Source of the DNA: Octopus sinensis
Lineage: Eukaryota
Length of the DNA: 64,000 bases
Assembly: GCF_006345805.1 (NCBI RefSeq)
Contig: NC_042998.1
Span: 189,782,001 to 189,846,000 of the forward strand
Direction: 5' to 3'
This document shows, in pieces, positions 53,140 to 64,000 of the stretch. Below the pieces are notes generated by a model. The model worked only from the letters and a program-made list of their open reading frames with translations, ran no database searches and was not told the DNA's origin. Position 1 is the stretch's first letter; each line of letters begins with the position of its first letter. The position numbers and the translations under genes are program-made.

Positions 53140-53325
53140 ATATATTTTTCTCTTCTTGTTTCTCTCCTTGTTATTTTTCTGTGTCCCTTTCTGTAGAGAG
53201 CGTAGGCTCGAAACGTAAAATACTTTTTCTATTCCTAAGCGTTATGCTAATATATCTGTTTGTTTTGTACACTATCTGTCTTCGTCTTTTGTTTTCTTCG
53301 TCAACTCTCCCTATATATATACATA
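53140..53325 (+). mobile_element. TA-flanked Penelope-like terminal fragment with decayed hammerhead motif
   Basis: TTT-CTGTAGA-GAGC(gtag)GCTC-GAAA-CG-TA-AAA at 53188-53220; core position 6 mutated. Confidence 0.5.
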
Positions 53326-54336
53326 CATACATACATACACACACATTAGGGTCATACATTTGTACTAAATAAGGTATCATTTGCGGCTATTAATCTATAG
53401 TAAATATACTAATACCGGGGTCATTATCTGTACTACTGATAATAACTATACTACTGATAATGAACCAATTATCTGTAGAGTTTCTTTGAGCCACATTGCT
53501 GACATACGTGTTGCACTGGGGGTCCCATATTTTTAAGTACACGTTTTTTCAAATATATCTGTCATATCAATTCGTGATCATTGAGTAAAAAACCTTTTAA
53601 AACTTTTTATTTACTCATCAATAATCCTATTTATATTATTTAAATTATCATTAGTTATTTGTTTGAACTCCCCATTTTTAAACCTCTAGCCTATGCCACT
53701 TGTGGGCTGCACATTTGCTCGAAAAGGGCCGTGTTTGATATGCCTGATCTATAGTAAGTATGCGAACAGTTGAGATCGTACATCTTTATTAAATATGAAA
53801 ATATTTGGAGGTATTAATCTGCACTGAATTTGCTAACATTGAGGGTCGTTATCTCTGTTAAATATGCCAAATTTTGGTGTCATTCATCTGTACTAAATAT
53901 GGTTGTGTTTTGGTTTAAAAATCGGCATTAAATATACTTCAAACACTTCCGCTTCAAGAGATATCAAAGATCTCAAGTTCTGGATAAGATGAATAGCGGC
54001 CTTGTATTGCCAAACAAATATGGAATATAACATCAAAGATTACAATTTCCTTGCCTGATAAATACGATTGAAGGCGTATATGTGATTTTATATGAATAAA
54101 TAGTTGATAATATACAATACTCAGGGTGTATAACGTTCCGTGTAAATTTGCTTAGTTTAAATTTATCAGTTGTAGGCTAGTTAAGGAACAATGCATTTCG
54201 CTTACTTGTAACTACATGCAGCAAGTGAGCGTAACCCCTACAGTTCCTCCTGAAGACAATCCTCAAATTGGCTGAATCTGAAGACCAGAATTGCTGTCCT
54301 TGATTAAAACAATGTGTCTTTTAACCTAAATGTGTC

Positions 54337-54441
<105 letters not shown>

Positions 54442-54564
54442 ACATACATACACACAAATTACTGTCGCACATTATATCTTAAAGAAATTTTTCATCCTGG
54501 TTTTCGGTGTATAATGTGTGCACATACATACATACATGCATACATACATACATACATACATACA

Positions 54565-54596
<32 letters not shown>

Positions 54597-54850
54597 AGTA
54601 TATATTTATCCATGTATGTAAATAAGCATGTATGTATAATGAAAGCAATGAGCAAAGAGATACGGAAGGGGAAAAGCTTTAACAAATAAATTTTAACAAA
54701 TGATTTAATAATTTGAATATCATTTATGTCTCTATGTGAGTGTATATAAATATATATATATATATATTTGTGTATGTTTATATTTGAATACGCGCATATT
54801 AATACGCTCTCTCTCCCCCTCTCTCTCTATCTCACACACATACTCACATA

Positions 54851-54897
<47 letters not shown>

Positions 54898-56473
54898 CAG
54901 GATTCACTTATACCCACGCACTCACAGGTGTATATGACAGTATTTATGAGATTTTGTGTATGGGTTTCTTTATTTCAGTAGTTGGGGTTCATTCGCACAT
55001 TTTCTGGTCGATGGTGGTGGCGGTGGCGGCGGTGATGTTGGTCGTGATGGTGGTGATTGTGAAGGGGGTTATTTTTGAATATGTTTACATACTTCTCAAG
55101 TTGTATATAATTTATTCATATTTACCCCATATTAAATTTATATACTAAATTTAACGCTTACTATTCGCTCTTTATGTTATTTAAAATCTTACATAGTTTA
55201 GTATTCCGTTTTCTTTATCTGTCTTCCAGCTTAATTCTATATAATTTTTTACGTTTACTTTTCATTTAACATAGTCACATAAAACATCGTTGAAAAACTC
55301 TACCGACCACTAATAACTCAGGCGTACTGTAATTCAATAAATCATAAATCAAGAATGTTTGTAACATAACTCAATCCTTGCCTGTCAGATATCTTGATAT
55401 ACGTCCGTAATGTGGAGCAACAGCAGAGAAGTTGAAGCGTCTTAATAAACAAAATGGTTAATCTATAACGACGCATCAAGCACATCAGCTCCCCAAACTG
55501 TAAAGAACAGAAATACGTGAATGGCAAACATTACAGCCAAGCTCATTTGCTGCATACTTCTAAATATTTTAAAGTTTTTACAGCGAACGAAGAGGAGAAC
55601 AAGAAGTAAAAATAAGATAAAATTTGTAAGCCAATACAAAAATATGTACATTTTTAATCATCGAAATAGGCTGAAGTGTGATTAGAAAATGCACAAGTTT
55701 GTTACATTCCAGTTTTATTTCTCTTTTTACATATCCAGCGGCTTCTCATCTCTTTACTCTCTCTTTCTCTCGCTCTTTTCCTCTCTCACTTTCCCTCTGA
55801 CTTTCCTTCTTTCTCTCCGTCCCTCCTTCCCTTTCTCTCTCTTTTACTTACTCCTTTTCTCTCTCTCACTCATAATATATTTAATGAATTTCACATGACT
55901 GACATTAGCTTTCGAACCTTCTGGTTTAGTCATCAGTCATTTAGTGATGAGTGAATGACTTGTGACGTACGCATTAGGAAGTAATAAAACGTCAATGACG
56001 AATAGGTGATATAGTGATAAAAGGTGACGGATAGCTGACGGTGAGGAATGAGAGAAGATATTAGAGTTTTAAGTATTTTCGGTGGTGGTGGTGGTGATTG
56101 TTACGCAACTTTCCGATGATGTCTGCAAGGTAAACCCGAGTCTTTGAAATTCATTTATCATTAAATTCTTAACTAATTTTTACAATATTCTTTACAGTTA
56201 AGTTGATTTAAGTGGTTCATTAAGGCAACACATTTTCTACTTAAAGAACATCTTTGTTATCTAACATGTGACAGGTAGAAAGCCTGCTCCTGGTGTTATA
56301 ATACAGTTTCTAACTTAAAACACAAGACTCTATATTTAGTTGTTGAGTAATAATTGATCAAATGGAAACCAGTAGATGACAGGTACCTGTTTTATGAATA
56401 CCAGAAGATGAGCTGAATCTTAGTCTTCGTCTTCTATTATAATTCAATTCATATCATTGGAGTTTTAATGAAA

Positions 56474-56579
56474 TAGGCGCAGAAGTGGCACCTTGGGCAA
56501 GTGTTTCCTACTATAGCCTCTGGCCGACCAAAGCCTTGTGAGAGGATTTGGTAGACTGAAACTGAAAAGAAGCCTGTCG
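56474..56579 (+). mobile_element. Internally deleted SINE head directly upstream of a full copy
   Basis: taggcgcagaagtggc|accttgggcaag..gaaactgaaaagaagcctgtcg. Confidence 0.85.
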
Positions 56580-56775
56580 TAGGCGCAGGAGTGGCTGTGT
56601 GGTAAGTAGCTTGTTTACCAACCACATGGTTCCGGGTTCAGTCCCACTGCGTGACACCTTGGGCAAGTGTCTTCTACTATAGCCTCGGGCCACCAAAGCC
56701 TTGTGAGTGGATTTGGTAGACGGAAACTGAAAAGAAGCCTGTTGTATATATGTATATGTCTATATATGTGTGTGT

Positions 56776-56828
<53 letters not shown>

Positions 56829-57000
56829 TGTGTCTGTGTTTGTCCCCCAAACATCGCTTGACAACCGATGCTGGTGTTTTTACGTCACCGTAACTTTCAG
56901 GTTCGGCAAAAGAGACCAAAAGAGTCCTGGCGTCGATTTGCTCGACTAAAGTGGTGCTCCAGTCAAATGACTGAAACAAGTTAAAGAGTAAAAGAGTAAA
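56580..57000 (+). mobile_element. OR-type SINE, near full length
   Basis: Same family as 5291-5715, small internal deletions. Confidence 0.9.
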
Positions 57001-57296
57001 TATTAAATTGACCCCAGTAACTGAATGGTATTTTATTTTATCGACCCATAGATGAAAAGTACAGATGTCCTTAGCGTGATTTGAGCACAGAACTTTTTTA
57101 AAATACGAATCTATTTAAATATCATGAAATATTTTTTCCTAAAGCTCTTCCGAATTTATCCTCTCATGCCGTTCTGATATCATTCTAGACGTTACTGATT
57201 AAAAAAAAATTTACTGGTTTCAATCACTGGACTACAGGAATTTTGGTGTATTGTACCATAGGGTTTTCGGCGATTAAAAACAACCCTAAGTACTTA

Positions 57297-57781
57297 CCGT
57301 AAATACTCGAGTATAGTTCGCAGGGGATTTTTAGGGGGCTGTACCTCTGAAAAACCTAAACCTTGTGTATAATACGCAACCCTTCTCTAACTTGAGTCAA
57401 GTTACGTCCTTGGTTTGTAAAAATGTATACGGTAATGTCCTTTATTTTTATTGTATATATAACATATTGCAAACGTGTAGCCTTTTTGTGCATTTTGTTT
57501 GCAGAAAATAAAGAAATAACAGTAATTATGTTTAATAAATGTTACTTACTGCAAGTTATGGATCATTGTTTTATGACTTCATTACTTTCAGGCTTAGCTT
57601 AAGGTATTTTCGCGCCCAACATCACAAAATGCATCTGAATAAACATTGCCGGACAGCAAATAGAGACTCGGACATTGCTTAGAAAATAATTTTCATTTTT
57701 AACCTCGTATATAGTACGCACTAAGGATTTTGACATTTAAATTTTTGGGAAAAAATGCGGATTATACTCGAGGATTTACGG
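57297..57781. mobile_element. Second copy (inverted orientation) of the 21499-22018 MITE
   Basis: TA|ccgtaaatactcgagtatag ... gcggattatactcgaggatttacgg|TA; interior is the reverse complement of copy 1. Confidence 0.85.
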
Positions 57782-57907
57782 TATTTTATTCATCTTTATT
57801 TGTTGAATGACTAAGTTGCGTAGTTACAGTTTTTGACAGAAAGTCGACATACATTTTTAACGCACTAGACATAGTGAATTTCACGGCTATACACATGTAC
57901 CCGAGGG

Positions 57908-57962
<55 letters not shown>

Positions 57963-58439
57963 TATATATATTCAAATATGAATTAGAAGCAGCTCGAGGT
58001 AAATAAACAAAATCGAACACATACACGAAGTATGTGTGTTGTTAGTTCGTGGGTCGGCTGCGTATTAGGCGTAAGAGAATATCTTTTCAACGCGTCTGCT
58101 GTAAAAATACCTGAAAGTAAGTCATAGGCAAGCGATACAACTCAAACCAGGTCCCTTTCTGGAACGACGGATATCGGTGCTTCCTCATTGTTGTGACTTT
58201 TCAATGCCACGTACCAAACAAGGCCTGCTTCAAGCTATATCACCGACTAAATATAATCAGTTAGACTTTTAGATTTTACTCAAAGGATATTGGAATATTG
58301 CATATATACCATTATGCCTATAAAACGGATTTACAACTTCAATACCCATACATATCTTACATCTATTTTCTTTCCTCTACCTCACTCTCTATTTATATCA
58401 CATCGAAACTAACTATGACTTAATTTATCCTCTCACACC

Positions 58440-58491
58440 GTCTCCGATGAACGCATATTATTAATTAATATCCTAGAAACGGCTATAAGAC
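58440..58491 (+). ncRNA. Hammerhead-like motif (CCGATGA core variant) at the end of a TA-flanked Penelope-like fragment (~58130-58560)
   Basis: GTCT-CCGATGA-acgcATATT(attaatt)AATATccta-GAAA-cggcta-TA-AGAC; stem I 4 bp, stems II and III partly decayed. Confidence 0.45.
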
Positions 58492-59879
58492 CTTCTATCT
58501 ATAAATGCTCTAATATCTATACAGCCTTGGTTTTTTATCACGCAAAAAATTCTTTTATATATATATATATAAGAAAATATACATTGTTGTTACTATTCCA
58601 CTAAAGCTTTACGTACACTTAGTGATTGAACTGATTGGAAACCTATAATCTATGACACTATTATTTTGGGAAATGTTTAATCTAATAATATTTAGAGGTT
58701 AGTATTTATAAAATATTTTGATATCTTATTATCTGGGAACTTCTCCATTCTACATTTATTATGGTGTCGTCAAAGGAAGAAGAACGTCAATGACTTTTTA
58801 CAGTGAGAATGGAGTGAGCAGTAGGGAAGAAGACAACATGATTCCTGAGTTGCTTTAATAAATGCAAAATGATATTGAGTTCTCCTTAGGCTGGCTTCGT
58901 GGTCCGAATGCGTACAATAGACTTGACTCTGTTGAAAGTACACAAAGCACACAAAAGCCAGGAAAGGTGATAAACTGGGGACGGTTTAAGCTATCAGTTC
59001 GAGAACAGGTGTGATCTATCTGACGGACTTCCACTCAGTTTCCGTCAACTCATTTCACTTACAACTTTTGGGTCAACACGAGGCAACATGCTGTGCAGTA
59101 GGATCGAATCTAGCACCACGTAATTGTGAAGCGAACGTCTTAACCAGAGAGCTTTGCTTGCATCTATTTTCAATAATAAATTTAAGCATCATGCTCGATT
59201 ATGAGGAGTTATATAGATTTGTGTTGAAACAAATGGATGAGCTGAAATCTGTAAATTCGAAGCTCGTTATCGGATACATCAACATTAGCCATTATCTAGC
59301 AACTGAAGGTTTATTTCGCGTACAGCTCAAGTTCCTGGGGCCGTAATGCTATTGCTGTTACATCGACAAACCATACGGAACTAATCCAAGAAAGTTATGT
59401 GATTGGTTACTAAATTCGTGTTTACTTACCTTGTGTAGTGAGTATCAAAACTTTTATGAGAAATACAAATGCACTAATGAGCAGAGAAGATAATATTAGC
59501 TCAGTGACAAATAGTATTTTATTAATTTGGGCATGCAAAAAACAAAACCTCGGATATGTTCCGGTCTTAGTAGACTTCTTTACGTATGAAATAGTGATGA
59601 GGCAGTCACTAAATAGATGCACAACAACGTAAACTGGAAGTTGTGACAAATCAGAATATTCAATTAAAATAAACCTCATGTTAATCACTTGCACGAAAAA
59701 CAATATATAAATCGAGTCTCGAAAATATGATTGGGAATGTATATGCGGTAAGGAAAAGGCAACATTTCTCAATGATTGTCAAGGATTTACTAACCAACAC
59801 AATAGTCAGTAGTTTACAGATATTCTGTTTTCTCTCTGTCTATTTTACAACAGATACAGCTTCGAATTAAGTAGCTGAC

Positions 59880-60120
59880 TCCCATCGCCATTCAGGAGCC
59901 ACTCAACCCAGCAGTTTCTCCTCTTTTCTTCCCCTCTTTTGTGCTTTTACCAACCCAGATCCATCAGAAAACGTTTTCTCTGGCTCATCTACTCAAAGCT
60001 GCATCTATCTGGAATTTTTCTTTTCGTGATTTCGTCTTGCCGATGTTTCAATCAAAGTGAACACGAATGCTAACGATCTCAGCAGTCTGAGAGGGATCCA
60101 CAAAGGTCAGGGGCACCGCC
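59880..60120 (+). mobile_element. Possible CR1-type LINE 3' remnant
   Basis: QPRSIRKRFL..SIWNF-like remnant; weak. Confidence 0.25.
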
Positions 60121-60935
60121 CCTTCTCCGCTGACTTACGAATAAAAGAGGAAATTATAAATTGAGGATGAAAAGGATGCATTATCATATGGAGAAAATAC
60201 ACAAAAAGTAACAAACAATATATGAAGAAGTTCTTGATATATTCTGCTTTAAAAATCTGAAATGAAAAGAAGGATTTCAATAATAATCCGTCCAGGCTAA
60301 AAATGTTTAGAAAGGGACTGACATCAGATGTAACATATAGATTGTCAACTTTGAAACTTTCAGCAAAGTACATGAAAATAAAGTACAAAAGAAAAGAGAT
60401 TAGTGGATTAATGGAGTGATGTAATAAATTTAAATCTTTCCGCAGATCCTTGGAACTACACGATATTCAACTTCATGACGTCATGAGCCAACAAGGGAGT
60501 ATCTACGTATTATGACTCCGGCATGTTAGAAATAGCAACCAAATCTCTTTCGCCCTACTTGAGAGAGGGGCCCCAATAACACTAATGAAAGAATCGCCTT
60601 AAAAATAGGAAGGATACATTCGATTATGCAGCCCTCTCCTTGTCGAAAGAAAAGGTGGGATGGTCATGGAAGGAATACAAAGATGAGATCGCTAAAGAAC
60701 AGCAATAACGACATTTTATAAACCGGATTGTGAAGAATGTTATACAAAATCCTGCAGGGTATTTGAACCCTTGACCTTTGAGGTCGTAATTCAATCCAAT
60801 ATCGATTTCAGTGACTAGATTTGAAGCAACCCATTTTTGTAATCAGTCTAACTGGTACTCATTTAATCAACACTACATGAAAGATAAATGGCACAATCGA
60901 CCTTGGTTAGATTTGAACCCTATGTCGTTGCTGCA

Positions 60936-60975
<40 letters not shown>

Positions 60976-60981
60976 TATATA

Positions 60982-61023
<42 letters not shown>

Positions 61024-61026
<3 letters not shown>

Positions 61027-61247
61027 CTACCCACAAGAGGCTAAAGACAGAGGGGAAAAACAAGGACAGACAAAGGGATTAAGTCGATTACATCGACCCC
61101 AGTGCGTAACTGGTACTTAATTTATCGACCCCGAAAGGATGAATGGCAAAGTCGACCTTGGCGGAATTTGAACCCAGAACGTAACGGTAGACGAAATACG
61201 GCTACGCATTTCACCCGGCGTGCTAACGTTTCTGCCAGCTCGCCGCC
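61024..61247 (-). mobile_element. Second-family SINE with 16-bp TSD, inserted into an older SINE
   Basis: tgctgcaagatatata at 60929-60944 and 61250-61265; decayed related SINE sequence at 60820-60928. Confidence 0.9.
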
Positions 61248-62278
61248 TATGCTGCAAGATATATAGTTGAGCACTTTACTGCTTCTGACGATACGCTCCA
61301 CAATTGATATTGGCGTGCGGGGAGTAGAAGACGTAAAAAAGAAATCTTATTCTAAATACTTTCGCGTTGCTGGTTCTACGGATTAGCTTGTTTGGTTTTC
61401 ATTCCTGACAATCACAATAACATTAGAGGCTAGTAATACCTTCTTTTATTCAAAGTTGTTGTTTTACCTGGAATCAAACATGGCCGCACAGACCTTTCAC
61501 TAAATGCACTTCTTATTGGATAAGGTACAACGGTTTACAATATGTCCTTTTTCAGATGTTGTGGTATGAGTTAAGAGAGATTTGGTTGCTATTTTCAGCA
61601 GGTAAGTCGACTACATAGACATTCCCTAATTTGCGCATTTAAATATAGCTTCTTCTTTTTTAATGTTGGAATATATAGAAGACGGTGCAAATATCAACCA
61701 TCTCAAACGGTTATCTACAGAAAGTATAATTTATTTTATATATTTGTAGCTCAGTTTAGAAACTCAAATACTACAACATCCGGTTGGCGGTCATTTTAAG
61801 TCTCTTGCATACATAAGCTCTATGCAAAATATGTAAATTAATTTCCCTGAAGTGTTAGTTGTACATACATGTTATATTATAGTTGTGCAGCTCACTGCTG
61901 AAAGCAGAAGGAACTATGCTTAATTGACGAGTATCTCGTTAACATGGAATTCTGCACACAATATATTTTTAGGCAGAAGCATTCGTTCTTATGTAATATG
62001 TCTATACATGTGCTCGTGCGATAAGATGTTGTGTGTGTGTGGTGAGTGTATGTGTTGTCTATGCGTCTGCGAGTGCGTGTTTTAAATTGGTTTAAATCAA
62101 TAGTATTCTGGCAGTGCTGGAGCACCACATTGGGAGTAGTCTGAGTAGCCTGAGTAGGTCATACAAATTACAACTTTTTGTTTCGTTTTGCTTTGTTATT
62201 TCTTCCTGAAATGTCAAGATTAGAGTAACGAAGTTGTCAAACTCTAGACCAAACGCCGAATAATAATAATAATAATAA

Positions 62279-62328
<50 letters not shown>

Positions 62329-62479
62329 GGAAAAAAGGTTCACTGAAACAGAATTATGCATGCATAAACACGTGTTTCTAAAAACACTATGATTTACGGA
62401 TAAATATAAACAGTTGTAGAAGGAAGAGTGGGTGAAAATGTGGCTAGTCTGGGATCTACGCGCACACATACACATTTGC

Positions 62480-62900
62480 GTGTGCAGGATAAATGCAAAC
62501 AGGAACTAACGGACACCATACACTCTTGATTTTAGAATGACCGGATACCATCTGGCGCGTAGAAAAATACTTGGTCGATGGTGACGTCAGTCACGTGCGA
62601 GCAGGCATGCTCCTCGATTGATCTTAGCGGTCGGTAGCTGGTTGACACGCATGTTTTTATGCGTGATATGATGACAGTGGAGTTGAAGATTTTTACTGTT
62701 TGATGGCGTTTTGGAGTGTTTGTCAGAGCACTTGAGAAGGCTGTTCAGTCGAAGTATTTGTCAAATAACGAGAAAAGCAAGTGTGTATGCATAAAAGACG
62801 AGTTGACAGAAGGCGGTGTTATTTTTATGTTAAAACGAAAGTGTGGGCTACATTCTCGACTATTCACAACAGCACCGAGAGTTGACGAGAGTTAATTTCC
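62480..62900. promoter_or_regulatory. Candidate promoter/enhancer: CpG-richer unique sequence with adjacent CRE and E-box
   Basis: TGACGTCA 62582-62589 and GTCACGTG 62590-62597 in apparently non-repetitive DNA; no transcript evidence. Confidence 0.35.
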
Positions 62901-63269
62901 TGGAATCAGGGCAACCTTTTCTCTCTCCAAACTATCTATCAAACCATCTCGTTATGTATCTGTCTATCTATCAATATTTTATTGTTTGACATTTAAGATA
63001 AAGACAGAAATACATTTCTGTTGATAATGATTAGTGTTTCAGACAAATTGTGCTTAATAAGTTGGAATGGTCTTAGGTGTTGAAATTGTTGCCATGAACA
63101 TAAAATAACATAAAATGAACATCATCATCATTATTACGATCAGTATTGTTGTTGTTTCAGTCGTCTTAAATTTAAGACTTCTTGCCTTGAGTGGATGTAG
63201 TTTTTTGTTACATTTTTGTGGTTTCGGTTCTATGAAATTTTATTGAAATAAGCATTATTACTATTATTT

Positions 63270-63271
63270 GA

Positions 63272-63323
<52 letters not shown>

Positions 63324-63348
63324 CATCATCATCATCATCATCGTTATC

Positions 63349-63394
<46 letters not shown>

Positions 63395-63451
63395 CATCAT
63401 CATCACCGTCATCATCATCATCATCATCATCACCATCACCATCCTCATCAC

Positions 63452-63492
<41 letters not shown>

Positions 63493-63571
63493 CCATTATT
63501 ATCATCATTATTATTATTATTATTAATATTATTATTATTATTATTATTAATATTATTATTATTATTATTAT

Positions 63572-63613
<42 letters not shown>

Positions 63614-63634
63614 TAGTAGTAGTACCACCACCGC

Positions 63635-63687
<53 letters not shown>

Positions 63688-63690
63688 CTA
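63270..63690. repeat. Compound trinucleotide array (ATT/ATC/ACC/AGT)
   Basis: Visible; source of poly-I/S/L/V/M ORFs. Confidence 0.98.
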
Positions 63691-64000
63691 TTGCTGTTGC
63701 TACTGCAGATGTTATTCTTGTTGCTGTTTTCGCTAGTTTCACGCTAGTATTTTTCTGCACTGCCAGGTGCATAACTGTTTTCCTGAAGTGTGTGCCCTAT
63801 CGACATTTGGAAGAGTGGGGAAGGTGTTTGGCATGTTATATCTAATTTTCTACTTTACGTTATTCATTGTGACATTTTAGTATTTCGTATTTTTATTGTG
63901 AAATTTTCTTTTTAAATGGCATTTAAAAATGACTGTAGAATATGTGTTAAATTGTGTTATTTTATTGGGTGGTGGCTGTACTGCGTATGTGGTGTGTAAA

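Noticed and set aside
54255-54300. CTGAAGA followed by a caat/attg stem
   Set aside because: No GAAA after stem II and no stem I partner

Overview
AT-rich animal genomic DNA saturated with microsatellites and retroposons. The tRNA-headed SINE families look like those of Octopus, so the source is inferred to be an octopod cephalopod. No host protein-coding gene could be recognised, and nearly all listed ORFs are microsatellite translations or transposon debris. The window holds five R4/Dong-type (restriction-like endonuclease) non-LTR retrotransposon pieces, three of them directly abutting (TAA)n arrays; two have lost the RT core with nearly the same 3' breakpoint. It also holds short microsatellite-embedded Penelope-like termini carrying type I hammerhead ribozyme motifs (best at 4472-4506 minus, 32689-32766 plus, 17232-17329 plus, 58440-58491 plus) and several near-perfect fold-back palindromes. 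Other content: a mariner DD34D fragment, a Tc1 5' fragment, TA-flanked MITEs, two Helentron-like HINEs, CR1/L2 and RTE fragments, many SINEs, an ~870-bp tandem duplication, a tRNA-like unit flanked by direct repeats, an unidentified decayed reading frame and a candidate CRE/E-box promoter near 62.6 kb. All calls were made by eye; no searches were run.
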